Notes: a model not told the origin generated them from the sequence alone. A DNA stretch of 64,000 bases from Fibrobacterales bacterium (GCA_051532035.1 JAOPTW010000034.1:1-64000); one strand, 5' to 3'; shown: positions 39,991-49,718, counted from the stretch's first letter. Made by a program: numbers and translations.

Positions 39991-40781
39991 TGAACCACTT
40001 TGCCCAGTTTCTACTCTCACCATTTACGATACTTGCACAAGTATTTTATAGTGGTATTATAGGAATTGGTGAAGTGGCCTACCTCTTATTAGCAACTCTT
40101 AAAAGATTTCCTCTGGTAGTTAAAAACCCCACCATGACTATCACCCAAATGATTAACATTGGCGTTTCATCTATCCCACTCCTTTTTGTTACCTCAATTT
40201 TTACCGGAATGGTCGCCGTAATCCAAGTAAAATATCAATTTAGAGGGTTTGTCTCCGATGGCTTCATTGGTACAGGAGTTTGTAAAATGGTTATCATTGA
40301 ACTCGGGCCTCTCCTTACTGCAATTGTAATGTCTGGTCGTATCGGTTCTGCCCTAGCTGCAGAGATCGGCTCGATGAAAGAGAAAGAAGAACTTGATGCA
40401 ATGGTTGTGCTCAACCTTGATCCCCTTAGATATTTGGCCATGCCTCGCCTCATTGCCTTTATGGTAATGATGCCTTGTCTGACTCTCATATCAATATATA
40501 TTGCCCTGGTGGGTGGGTGGCTCATCAGTGTACTTGCCCTAGATATGACATCGTACACCTATATGAATGGCTTGACCAAATTTTTTATTCCTATGGATGT
40601 CGCTGCAGCATTAATCAAATCATTTACTTTTGGAACTATTATTTTTTTGATGGGATATTATCAGGGTACTCACGCTGGCTCAGGAGCCAAAGGAGTGGGT
40701 GAAGCAACAATGAAAGTGGTAGTATCTTCGAGTGTATTGATATTGATATTTGATTTTATCATTGCACTCATTATGTTTTAA
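39990..40781 (+). CDS. mlaE: MlaE-family ABC transporter permease
   Basis: 'ELGPLLTAIVMSGRIGSALAAEIGSMK..EELDAM', 'GAKGVGEAT'. Confidence 0.93.
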   Translation: MNHFAQFLLSPFTILAQVFYSGIIGIGEVAYLLLATLKRFPLVVKNPTMTITQMINIGVSSIPLLFVTSIFTGMVAVIQVKYQFRGFVSDGFIGTGVCKMVIIELGPLLTAIVMSGRIGSALAAEIGSMKEKEELDAMVVLNLDPLRYLAMPRLIAFMVMMPCLTLISIYIALVGGWLISVLALDMTSYTYMNGLTKFFIPMDVAAALIKSFTFGTIIFLMGYYQGTHAGSGAKGVGEATMKVVVSSSVLILIFDFIIALIMF

Positions 40782-40807
40782 TATTCACTATAAAGTGAAG
40801 GAGCACT

Positions 40808-41593
40808 ATGCCTGGCGTAGAAGTCGATGAAAATGACATTATGATTGAGCTTAAGCACCTCAAAAAATCTTTTGGAACTCAAAAAGTCCTTAAAGATGTT
40901 TCACTCGATATTCGTCGTGGTGAGACCATGGTGATTATTGGACAGTCTGGTGGAGGTAAATCGGTTATCCTCAAGCATATGATTGGCCTCCTTCAACCAG
41001 ATGGCGGCGAAGTAACTATTGATAACCACACCATCTCTACTCCCACCTATTTTGACACCAAAACCATCCGCAAAAAAATGGGAATGCTCTTTCAAAATGG
41101 GGCACTTTTCGACTCTATGAATGTAGGTGAAAATATTGCATTTCCCCTACGGGAACATGACCGCTCCATAACTACTGAAGAGATTCAACGAATAGTAAAT
41201 GAAAAACTGATGCTCATTCACCTCAAGCCAGAATTTGCGTCAAAAATGCCGAGTGAACTCTCAGGTGGTATGAAAAAGCGCCTCGCCCTTGCACGAGTTA
41301 TCGCTCTCAACCCTCAAGTAATTCTCTACGATGAACCGACAACTGGACTCGACCCTATCACTTCCGATGTAATCAATGACCTTATTATTGACATGCAACA
41401 GAAACTGGGAGTAACATCAGTTGTAGTAACACACGACATGGTCTCGGCCTACAAAGTAGCCGACCGTATTGCCATGCTCTATGATGGCCACATCATTGCC
41501 AAAGGAACTCCTGACGAGATTCGAGCAACTAAAAACCCCTACGTTAAACAGTTCATCACTGGACAACGTAAACTCCACATGCATCCAGCGTAG
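40808..41593 (+). CDS. mlaF: MlaF-family ABC transporter ATP-binding protein
   Basis: Walker A 'GQSGGGKS', 'FQNGALFDS', 'LSGGMKKR', 'YDEPTTGLDP', 'VTHD'. Confidence 0.93.
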   Translation: MPGVEVDENDIMIELKHLKKSFGTQKVLKDVSLDIRRGETMVIIGQSGGGKSVILKHMIGLLQPDGGEVTIDNHTISTPTYFDTKTIRKKMGMLFQNGALFDSMNVGENIAFPLREHDRSITTEEIQRIVNEKLMLIHLKPEFASKMPSELSGGMKKRLALARVIALNPQVILYDEPTTGLDPITSDVINDLIIDMQQKLGVTSVVVTHDMVSAYKVADRIAMLYDGHIIAKGTPDEIRATKNPYVKQFITGQRKLHMHPA

Positions 41594-41633
41594 CGCGAAT
41601 AGCGTTAAGTATAGAAGCGTAGCGCGAGCAGCG
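41587..41633. repeat. Two imperfect 18-bp GC-rich direct repeats between convergent mlaF and hemB
   Basis: AGCGTAGCGCGAATAGCG at 41587 and AGCGTAGCGCGAGCAGCG at 41616 (16/18 identical). Confidence 0.6.
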
Positions 41634-41650
41634 GTAGGCCCAGGCCGTAA

Positions 41651-42631
41651 TTACCGTTCCAACACCTTCGCAGCATCAACAGCAAAATAGGTCCAGATCA
41701 CATCAGCTCCCGCACGTTTAATTGACAGTAGGGACTCCATCATGGTACTTTCACGATCAAGCCACCCTTTTTCGGCTGCTGCACACACCATGGAATATTC
41801 ACCACTCACATTATAGGCTGCAACAGGAATATCAAATGCCTCTTTGACCACATGTATTATATCGAGATAACTGAGTGCCGGTTTCACAATTATTGAATCT
41901 GCACCTTCTGCAATATCTAGTTCAACTTCTCTGAGCGCTTCACGCTTGTTTGCAGGGTTCATCTGATAAGTCTTTTTATCACCTGCTTTAGGAGCTGAAT
42001 CTAATGCGTCTCTAAAAGGACCATAGAATGCTGAACAATATTTAGCTGCATAAGACATTATCCCCGTTTGAGTAAAGCCATCACCATCAAGTGCCGAGCG
42101 AAGTGAACCAATTCGTCCATCCATCATGTCGGATGGTGAGATAATATCAGCGCCAGACTCTGCATGCATCAAGGCTTGCTTACACAACACATCAACCGTT
42201 TCGTCATTTAAAATAATACCTTCAGGAGAAACAATACCATCATGTCCATCTGAATTATAGGGATCAAGTGCAATATCAGTAATAACAACTAATCCAGGGA
42301 ATGCATCTTTCACCGCTTTAATAGCATTGGGTACAAGCCCATTAGAATTATACGATTCATCCGCGGTACTATTTTTCTTTGCTTCAGGAACTGCCGGAAA
42401 AAGCGCAACCGCCGGAATCCCCAGCGACGAAATCTCCTTTAAGTATTTAAGGAGTTCATCTATTGAAAACCTGAAACACCCAGGCATCGCTTCAATAGAT
42501 TCGCGTTTCCCATTCCCCTCCATTATAAAAAGAGGAAGGATAAAGTCTTTAACTGATAAGGTGGTCTCTTGAAACATAGACCGCACTTCAGGATTCACTC
42601 TGTTTCTACGCATACGGGTAGGGATTATCAT
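41651..42631 (-). CDS. hemB: Porphobilinogen synthase (Asp-rich, non-Zn type)
   Basis: 'DIALDPYNSDGHDG', 'SPSDMMDGRI', 'YAAKYCSAFYGPFRDA', 'YQMNP', 'VKPA', 'YNVSGEY'. Confidence 0.98.
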   Translation of the reverse strand: MIIPTRMRRNRVNPEVRSMFQETTLSVKDFILPLFIMEGNGKRESIEAMPGCFRFSIDELLKYLKEISSLGIPAVALFPAVPEAKKNSTADESYNSNGLVPNAIKAVKDAFPGLVVITDIALDPYNSDGHDGIVSPEGIILNDETVDVLCKQALMHAESGADIISPSDMMDGRIGSLRSALDGDGFTQTGIMSYAAKYCSAFYGPFRDALDSAPKAGDKKTYQMNPANKREALREVELDIAEGADSIIVKPALSYLDIIHVVKEAFDIPVAAYNVSGEYSMVCAAAEKGWLDRESTMMESLLSIKRAGADVIWTYFAVDAAKVLER

Positions 42632-42739
42632 AAGGAACTCACTATACTTATTGCTAAACAATAATGTAGTTATTCATTAAAATGCTGTCAGGGTTCACTG
42701 CCGGCTTAAGTAATAAATTTCACTATTGATCACACATGA

Positions 42740-43159
42740 TTACCGTGAGGCGATAATCTCGTTCCAATCGGGAAGCCCCTCAATGAGGTCATATTTTGAA
42801 CCGTTCCTCTTAAGATACATGATGCTAGAGCCATTTGTCAGGACCACATACTGAGCAGGAACAATAGCAAGATACTTTTGAACTTGCAGAATTATATTCT
42901 GATCTAAGACAACTTCTGGGCGCTTACACTCAACTAAGAGTTCAAAAAGAGGAATATGATTATTCTTAGAAAACCGAGTAACCAAAAGATCTACGCGATC
43001 ATTACTGGTAGGTTTAAAACGAGAGAGTGACACCTCTACATCAATAGCCTGTGAAGGATACCCTTTTGAGAGAAGCCAACTGATAACCTGTTGGCGAACA
43101 TGCTCCTCGGGTGTCGCTACAACCTGTTGTTTTCTGATTGGATCGTAGAGCTCACTCAT
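42740..43159 (-). CDS. Stand-alone HsdR N-terminal (HSDR_N_2-like, PD-(D/E)xK fold) domain protein
   Basis: 'DPIRK..V.ATPEE.VRQ', 'RVDL', 'VECK', 'Q...Y', 'LTNG'. Confidence 0.85.
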   Translation of the reverse strand: MSELYDPIRKQQVVATPEEHVRQQVISWLLSKGYPSQAIDVEVSLSRFKPTSNDRVDLLVTRFSKNNHIPLFELLVECKRPEVVLDQNIILQVQKYLAIVPAQYVVLTNGSSIMYLKRNGSKYDLIEGLPDWNEIIASR

Positions 43160-43625
43160 TTTTCATTTCATGTACATGAAACGAATAAAGGTCGAAGTAG
43201 TAGCGTTCCAAATGTTTTTTACTTCTAAAGCTGTTTTTAACTTTGAGACGAACGTTTTCTCGTGTACGAACCATACGATGTATTTTTTTAAACACCTCGG
43301 GAAAAAAGAGATCATCTGCAACAGTTTTTACATGACGGTCACCAAAAGAGAGCCCATATCTTCGCTCAAGTGCATCAAAAATTCTGAATTCACACGTTGT
43401 TTCCGGCGTTTTTTTCTTTAGAATGCGGGTATAGCATTTATTAATATAATTTTGCTTTTCGGCAATTATCATATCATCAATTTCATGAATTTGTTTGTCG
43501 TGAGGTTGCCCAACACGCCACTTTCCTATCGTAGGACTACACCCTATAAATACTAATAGCACAAGTGCTGCAACAACAAAACGCTTTATATTAAAGTTCA
43601 TACTCCTCCACATGTCCACTCTCAT
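43152..43625 (-). CDS. Hypothetical basic lipoprotein
   Basis: Lipobox 'FIGC'; overlaps the downstream gene. The start may be a later Met. Confidence 0.6.
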   Translation of the reverse strand: MRVDMWRSMNFNIKRFVVAALVLLVFIGCSPTIGKWRVGQPHDKQIHEIDDMIIAEKQNYINKCYTRILKKKTPETTCEFRIFDALERRYGLSFGDRHVKTVADDLFFPEVFKKIHRMVRTRENVRLKVKNSFRSKKHLERYYFDLYSFHVHEMKNE

Positions 43626-43663
43626 CTAATCGACCCTATTTGGCTCGATTGTCCCAATGTAAA

Positions 43664-44782
43664 TTAATTCAGGTGGGCTGCGATTGCTTTTTTATAGATA
43701 TCTAAATATTGGGGTAATATTTTGGCAATGGAGTAGTTTTCCATAACGTGTTTTCTTCCCTTTTGCCCCATTATTTTTACTTGGTCTGGGTTTTTAGCAA
43801 TATAGAGTCCTTTCTCAGCAATTGCATCAATATCTCCTATTGCACACAGAAACCCATTCTCCCCATCAACCACAACCTCAGGAAGGCCACCGGCATCGGA
43901 TGTTATTACGGGTATTCCACAAGACATGCCTTCAATTGCAACCAATCCAAAACTCTCCTGTTCTGAGGGACAAAGAATCACATCGGCAAGCTTTATTACC
44001 GAAACAATATCCTCTTGGTTACCCAAAAAATTAACTCGGTCACAGAGGTCGTGTTCACTAACGAGCCGATGGCACTCACTTATTAAAGGCCCTTCGCCTG
44101 CGAGAAGAAGGCGTGTCTTGGGGCACTCCTGATTAATCTTTATAAAGGCCTTAACGGCATCAACGGGTCGCTTTACTTTTCTAAAATTTGAGTAGTGAAG
44201 AAATACCGTATCATCAGAAGTTTTGTGATAGTCTTTCACTGTAAAGAGCTCTGTATCAACAAAATTATAGAGAGTTTCAACTTCGCGCTCAGTATTAAAT
44301 ATGCGATTCGTCTCATCACGAAGATAGTTTGAAACCGCGGTCACTACAGTACTTTGATTTATGCTAAACCGAGTAATATCAAAAAATGAGGGATCTTTAC
44401 CCACTAAAGTAATATCTGTCCCATGGAGTGTTGTCACAATCGGCATTTTACGTGGTGCAATCATCTGTTGTGCCAAATAAGCTGAAGTAGCATGAGGAAT
44501 TGCATAGTGAACATGAAGAAGATCGAGCTCTTCAATTTTATATACTTCGTTGATTTTATTGGCTAGTGAGAGCGTATAAGGCTGATTCTTAAAGAGTGGG
44601 TACTCCAACTGATCAACCTGATGGTAGTAAATATTTTCACTAAAACCACTGTAGAGCCGTGGTGGCATATTACTCGTAATAAAGTGAATAGAGTGGCCCG
44701 CATCAGCAAGTGCCTTCCCCAACTCAGTAGCTAAAATTCCACTCCCGCCAAATGACGCATAACAAACAATTCCTATTTTCAT
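43664..44782 (-). CDS. bshA: N-acetyl-alpha-D-glucosaminyl L-malate synthase
   Basis: 'MKIGIVCYASFGGSG..ATELG', 'LHVHYAIPHA', 'TTLHGTDITLVG', 'SNFRKVKR', 'ESFGL'. Confidence 0.96.
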   Translation of the reverse strand: MKIGIVCYASFGGSGILATELGKALADAGHSIHFITSNMPPRLYSGFSENIYYHQVDQLEYPLFKNQPYTLSLANKINEVYKIEELDLLHVHYAIPHATSAYLAQQMIAPRKMPIVTTLHGTDITLVGKDPSFFDITRFSINQSTVVTAVSNYLRDETNRIFNTEREVETLYNFVDTELFTVKDYHKTSDDTVFLHYSNFRKVKRPVDAVKAFIKINQECPKTRLLLAGEGPLISECHRLVSEHDLCDRVNFLGNQEDIVSVIKLADVILCPSEQESFGLVAIEGMSCGIPVITSDAGGLPEVVVDGENGFLCAIGDIDAIAEKGLYIAKNPDQVKIMGQKGRKHVMENYSIAKILPQYLDIYKKAIAAHLN

Positions 44783-45510
44783 TAGTATGGATCTCCACTG
44801 AGTGCTGTAAGGTCTTGTACTTCAGCGAGCTCTCTACACCAGAAGCCTTCGGCGTGTCTACTTTTAATTCTTGTACCGAGCATTCGTGCACGAGACTTTA
44901 TAAAGTCCATAAACTCAGGGGATGAGATATCGGTTTTTCCGGCAAAGGATTCTTTTTCATCGGTATGAAACTGAGATTTATATTCCATAAGTGCTGCTAT
45001 TTTTATTTCAAATTGCTCAGAAATATCAATACAAAAGGTTGGCTCAAACCAAACAGGTCCCATAAAATGAAAAAGTCTTTTGGGGCGAAAGGGTGCGAGT
45101 TCAGGCATCAGAGATTTAAGCCCCGCTTTGTAACAGGCTGCTTTAACTATTTCGCCAGTCATGTAGTGATCTGGGTGATAATCATCAAAATAGTGAGTAA
45201 GAACAACCGTTGGCCTGTAGGTTCGTAATACACGAATAACCGTTTCAACAGCTTCATCGGTTACCGATAAATGCGCATCGTGTAAATTAAGATTAATACG
45301 AGTTAACGTCCCCTCCCCTAAAACCTTCAGTGCATTTTCCGCTTCTAACGCACGCTGTTCCGGGGTTCCTCGGGTTGCAGCTGTAGGTTCTGTCATATCA
45401 ACGATAATCCCTCGCTTGCCTTCAGCACACATTTTAGCTATGGTTCCGCCGGCGCAAATTTCTACATCATCAGCATGGGCTCCAATTGCCATAAAGTCTA
45501 TCTGTTCCAC
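44782..45510 (-). CDS. bshB1: Bacillithiol biosynthesis deacetylase
   Basis: 'GAHADDVE...GGT', 'TRGT', 'HPDH', 'YKSQF'; translationally coupled to bshA. Confidence 0.93.
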   Translation of the reverse strand: MEQIDFMAIGAHADDVEICAGGTIAKMCAEGKRGIIVDMTEPTAATRGTPEQRALEAENALKVLGEGTLTRINLNLHDAHLSVTDEAVETVIRVLRTYRPTVVLTHYFDDYHPDHYMTGEIVKAACYKAGLKSLMPELAPFRPKRLFHFMGPVWFEPTFCIDISEQFEIKIAALMEYKSQFHTDEKESFAGKTDISSPEFMDFIKSRARMLGTRIKSRHAEGFWCRELAEVQDLTALSGDPY

Positions 45511-47000
45511 TCTTCCTCCAAACTAATATATTGATGTTCAAACCCAAGTGGGTCTAGTGAGGTGATAAATCGTTTAAAGGTGATGCTTCTTTCAACGGTT
45601 GGCCACTGTATAATCCGTTCTTGCTTTCGCAATGATCCAAACCATGTATAGAGTGCATCGATACGGGATTTCAAAACATCATCTTTCTGAACGGCTCGCT
45701 TGTATAACTTCTTTGCAATCTGTTTGTTAATACTCTCAATAGTCTGTTCTAAATTCAGCTCTATAGAGCTGTCAGTGTCAAATTTTTTAATACTATTTAG
45801 AAATGCATCATTCATAAGCAGAGGTACCCCCTCAACTTCGTTCTCTGCAAGTATCACTTTTCCCAGACGTTCCACCATCTCTGAATGACTCATTGTAGGG
45901 AGCTGCGCTGGCTCACATATTAACTCATCTGCAATTGGTATAAATTCATTAAAAGCAATAGTAGCGTGGCATCGTGGAAAAACCATCGGAAAAGGTATTG
46001 ATAAATAGCGATATAATGGAGCCAAAACCCCAAAATAGCGAAGCTCTGCAGGCCCCAGTACATGGGCTGCAACAGGAAATATAGAGTCGCAGACTAGTGG
46101 CCTTGTTAAAACGTCATGACTCAAGTGTTCAGCATGTCGCTCCTCTTTCGAGGTAACTCTACTGCGTTGCCCCAGAGAAACAGCAAATGCACGAATAACT
46201 GCAGGGCGAATTTCAACGGGAGATTGTACACCGATGGATTCAAGGATTTCTTTGCCCTGAAACAGTTTCATCTCTACCTCTTCGTGGTGTTCGACACAGC
46301 TATTCAAGACTCCTCTACCAAAATGCTTAACCAAATCTGAAGAACCATCTACAAATATGAGTCCACTACTCCCTAAAAGTGATTGAAGGAGTTTACCAAA
46401 TTGATCGGCAATTGAGATACCTGGCTCTATAAGACTTAAAAATGATGATTTTACGTTAAGTTCACTGATGATATCTAAAAGATCATTGTGTCGATCTCTA
46501 TCGAGATAGCGATGCGACATTTGAATTAACTCGCTACGCTGGGTAAAATCGAGAGTATGAGCCTTCCCCGTTAGGAGATCCTCAGCAAAATTACACTCTT
46601 TTAGGTCTGAGTCATCCCCTGCAATCCAAAAAATAGGGACCACGGTCGTTTCATGATTACGACTTAATGTTTCTGCAAGAGCTACAGCGGTGAGTGCCTT
46701 ATAAAGAATCATAAGAGGTCCACCTGCAATACTTGGTTGCTGCCCTGTGATCACTACTGTAGTAGTACTGTTTTTAAGGAGGTTGATATTTTCTTCAGTC
46801 TCTTGAGAGCATCCATATCGTATCTGCTCATCTCGTAACATTTCTGTTAATAAGGTACCATCATAGGCATCAAAGGATCGATTAAAAAGAGACTCCGTAT
46901 CGGCAGATGCAGTCGTAGCAACACCTGACGGATAAACCGTCTTACACTCCTGGTCAAACTCCTCAATGAGTCGTTGAAAAAGGGGTGATAGGTAGGCCAT
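45498..47000 (-). CDS. bshC: Bacillithiol biosynthesis cysteine-adding enzyme
   Basis: 'VITGQQP...GGPL..LYK', 'VPIFWIAGDDSD..E', 'LTRP', 'GPAELRYF', 'QER'. Confidence 0.9.
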   Translation of the reverse strand: MAYLSPLFQRLIEEFDQECKTVYPSGVATTASADTESLFNRSFDAYDGTLLTEMLRDEQIRYGCSQETEENINLLKNSTTTVVITGQQPSIAGGPLMILYKALTAVALAETLSRNHETTVVPIFWIAGDDSDLKECNFAEDLLTGKAHTLDFTQRSELIQMSHRYLDRDRHNDLLDIISELNVKSSFLSLIEPGISIADQFGKLLQSLLGSSGLIFVDGSSDLVKHFGRGVLNSCVEHHEEVEMKLFQGKEILESIGVQSPVEIRPAVIRAFAVSLGQRSRVTSKEERHAEHLSHDVLTRPLVCDSIFPVAAHVLGPAELRYFGVLAPLYRYLSIPFPMVFPRCHATIAFNEFIPIADELICEPAQLPTMSHSEMVERLGKVILAENEVEGVPLLMNDAFLNSIKKFDTDSSIELNLEQTIESINKQIAKKLYKRAVQKDDVLKSRIDALYTWFGSLRKQERIIQWPTVERSITFKRFITSLDPLGFEHQYISLEEEWNR

Positions 47001-47734
47001 TAGTCTCCTTTTTTAAGTACAAACGACATCCGAGGGGAGTCTTGAGTAAAGGGGTTCCCTTGCTCATCTCCAAAAATTGTTTGTACCGACAAATTAACAC
47101 TTTTAAAGAGATCATACAAATCTTCTTGTTCGAATACCATCACTCTTTCATGATATTTTTCAACTCTGTCAGGAGCATACTCAATAGTAATCTCCTTACA
47201 GACACATCCTCCAGTAAAAGTGCGGTCCTGGGTAACTATTTTACCATCAATTACTTGAGTATCTTTTTTGGGCAGAGTTTCGAGAACGGCATCTTTATTC
47301 ATGAGGTCGAGAAAAATATACCCTCCTGGCTTTACCATATCAGCGAAATAACCGAGGAGTGCAAAATTCTCTTCACGAGTTTCGAAATATCCAAATGAAG
47401 TGAAAAAAGAGCAGGCTAGGTCGAAAGAGCCCTTAGGAAAAGGAAGATCGCGCATATCTGCTCGAGCTATTGGTAAAATGGCAGGGAGGGAGAGTTCTTG
47501 GGCTCTTTTCAATAAATAATGACTGAGGTCAATCCCTACCGCACTCATATTGTTATTGAGAAGTTCTTTGAGATGGCGCGCTTTACCACACCCAATATCT
47601 ATTATTGAAGCACCTTTAGGAAGCTCAAGATAATTTAGAAGTGCCGCAACCTGATCTGTAGCCTGTTGATCATTACGATTTACGTAAATATTATCATACT
47701 CTTCTTGAAACCATCGTTCAAACCATTCCATCAA
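47000..47734 (-). CDS. Class I SAM-dependent methyltransferase; candidate bacillithiol N-methyltransferase (NmbA-like)
   Basis: 'IDIGCGKARH', 'GIDLS', 'RADMR', 'FTSFGYF'. The stop overlaps the bshC start (TAATG). Confidence 0.85.
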   Translation of the reverse strand: MMEWFERWFQEEYDNIYVNRNDQQATDQVAALLNYLELPKGASIIDIGCGKARHLKELLNNNMSAVGIDLSHYLLKRAQELSLPAILPIARADMRDLPFPKGSFDLACSFFTSFGYFETREENFALLGYFADMVKPGGYIFLDLMNKDAVLETLPKKDTQVIDGKIVTQDRTFTGGCVCKEITIEYAPDRVEKYHERVMVFEQEDLYDLFKSVNLSVQTIFGDEQGNPFTQDSPRMSFVLKKGD

Positions 47735-49288
47735 CTACCTCCGATTAAATCTCGGTTTTCTCATGCGCTGTTCCCTTTTGGACTTTTGAGATATACTATC
47801 GATCTCAGGTGCCTGGACTTTCTGTATACTATCCTGAAAAATACTGTCTTTCATAATACTATCACGAACTATCCGTTTTTTAATGAGCTCAGCTTTTCTT
47901 CGCTCTTGATCTGCTTTATAGAGAGGATACCATTTAAATGGATTAATGCGTGTATAGCGTATTTTCCCATAACGAATACTCCCCTTAGTACTCTTAATGG
48001 CCGTCTCGATATGTGCATGAGGCCCTGTTGTATTTCCAGAAATGCCAATAGTTGCAAGCACATCCCCCACATAGGCATCTTGATTGTCAAAAAAGAGCAA
48101 CTTATTACAGTGGGCAAACGTGATTAGAAATGAATCATTATAAAGCGTTATCATGTTCCCACCCCGAGGATCAACACGTACATGAGCGTGACCGTCAATA
48201 GGTGCAAAAATATAGGCATCAAAGCTTGTTCCAATATCAATTGCAGGATGTTTGCGATGTGAACGCGTTTTCTTTTGTTGCCAATGATCTGTCAAATAGG
48301 CAATTGAGTCGCCATATATTGAAGTGTAAAAGTGATACGCTTCAGTAAGAGAATCATGTCGAGAAGTACTCAAAGAGTCCTCGATTGGATAGAAACGGAC
48401 AACAGTTCCTTTACGTGGTTTATAACTTTTTATGGAGTCGGTGTAGATTGTTGAGCGATCAATAGTTGCCTGTAAGTAGTTCAGTATATCGATTGAGTCT
48501 GCAACCCATGACACCTCTTTAGATACTATGTGCCGCGCTATCCGGTAGACGCTTTCAGTACCTTGAAACTCATACTCATAGATATAATCTGCTTCATCGC
48601 TCTGCATTTCAGAAAAACTTTGAAGAGATCTCTGAAATAAAGGGTGGTACTGGGAAAAATAAAGTCCTACTACTGTTGCAATAACTAAACATACCGAGAA
48701 CGCGATTGAAAGACTTGCATCATCACGTACTATAACCACACGTTTGTTTATCTCTTTAGCAATTATTTCAGGGGCAAGTACCGCTATATCAGGTAAATCA
48801 GCCCATACAATGGAATATTTTGCCAAATAGCTTCTCAATGCTTGTGCACCACTATTTTGGACACCATAAAAGAGTGTGCACCGAGATGCCTTGCTCAAAA
48901 TATGAAGTTCTGGTTTCTCAAATGGGTCAACAACCAAGAAGATGTGAGTATAATACTGTTTGAGAAGAGAAACATTATAGAGAATGTCACTGATGTGCTT
49001 CTCGGCTCCAGCGCTCGAATAGTTGAAATGTAACTGGTGAATACCATTTTTTTCAATTACAATTTTGGGTGCAATTGATTGGGTACTCTTCTCATTTTCA
49101 AAATAAATATATCGTTCAACATCGCTGGTATCAGATTTATCTATAGTGATGAAAAGAGAGCTCGATAGTTCATTTGAAAAACAGAACTGTGAGTATTCAA
49201 TGGGTGATTCATGTTTAGATATACAAAAAACACCCTTAACGGGTGCTTTGTAAGATATCATGGTATGGCCTTTTTTTTTCAAGCCCAT
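47735..49288 (-). CDS. Membrane-anchored M23-family metallopeptidase with an uncharacterised N-terminal domain
   Basis: Internal TM helix; M23 motifs 'HPAID', 'FAH', 'GISGNTTGPHAHIE', 'INP'. Confidence 0.85.
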   Translation of the reverse strand: MGLKKKGHTMISYKAPVKGVFCISKHESPIEYSQFCFSNELSSSLFITIDKSDTSDVERYIYFENEKSTQSIAPKIVIEKNGIHQLHFNYSSAGAEKHISDILYNVSLLKQYYTHIFLVVDPFEKPELHILSKASRCTLFYGVQNSGAQALRSYLAKYSIVWADLPDIAVLAPEIIAKEINKRVVIVRDDASLSIAFSVCLVIATVVGLYFSQYHPLFQRSLQSFSEMQSDEADYIYEYEFQGTESVYRIARHIVSKEVSWVADSIDILNYLQATIDRSTIYTDSIKSYKPRKGTVVRFYPIEDSLSTSRHDSLTEAYHFYTSIYGDSIAYLTDHWQQKKTRSHRKHPAIDIGTSFDAYIFAPIDGHAHVRVDPRGGNMITLYNDSFLITFAHCNKLLFFDNQDAYVGDVLATIGISGNTTGPHAHIETAIKSTKGSIRYGKIRYTRINPFKWYPLYKADQERRKAELIKKRIVRDSIMKDSIFQDSIQKVQAPEIDSISQKSKREQRMRKPRFNRR

Positions 49289-49295
49289 GAGATAT

Positions 49296-49688
49296 TTACC
49301 TCATGGCAGCTTTAAGCAAGTCCATTTTACCTTTAATTGCTTGAAAGCTTTCGAGGTTTTTATTGAATGTTTCCTGATTAGTTGGGAGATAAAACATCAC
49401 ATCCTTTTTACCAAGGCGACCTTTAAGAAACTCAGTTACGTTTCTTTTACTCACACCAATAAAGGGTCCATCGTCAAGATCTTCAAGAATATCGAAATAT
49501 TTGAAGAGTGAGTGGTTTTTATTCCATCCGCGAGATTCAAAAATATAGGCGTCAGCTTGTGGAACACGATTTCCATCAAGAATATGCTCATATCCATACA
49601 CTTCTAATTCGTGACTTGGATCATTGGTAACAAATGGAGTAAGATCATTGATAATAGCTTTATTATCACATACTAAAACAAATTTCAT
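49296..49688 (-). CDS. Hypothetical protein (possibly a degenerate receiver-like alpha/beta fold)
   Basis: 130-aa ORF between the tRNA and the M23 gene on the same strand, with a 7-bp gap to the next gene. Confidence 0.6.
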   Translation of the reverse strand: MKFVLVCDNKAIINDLTPFVTNDPSHELEVYGYEHILDGNRVPQADAYIFESRGWNKNHSLFKYFDILEDLDDGPFIGVSKRNVTEFLKGRLGKKDVMFYLPTNQETFNKNLESFQAIKGKMDLLKAAMR

Positions 49689-49718
49689 AATTGGCCTTTT
49701 AAAATTTATTTTTAAAAA

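Noticed and set aside
42740..43159. Type I restriction-modification system
   Set aside because: Only a 139-aa HsdR N-terminal-like domain is present, with no helicase, hsdM or hsdS. The nearby methyltransferase lacks DNA-methyltransferase motifs.
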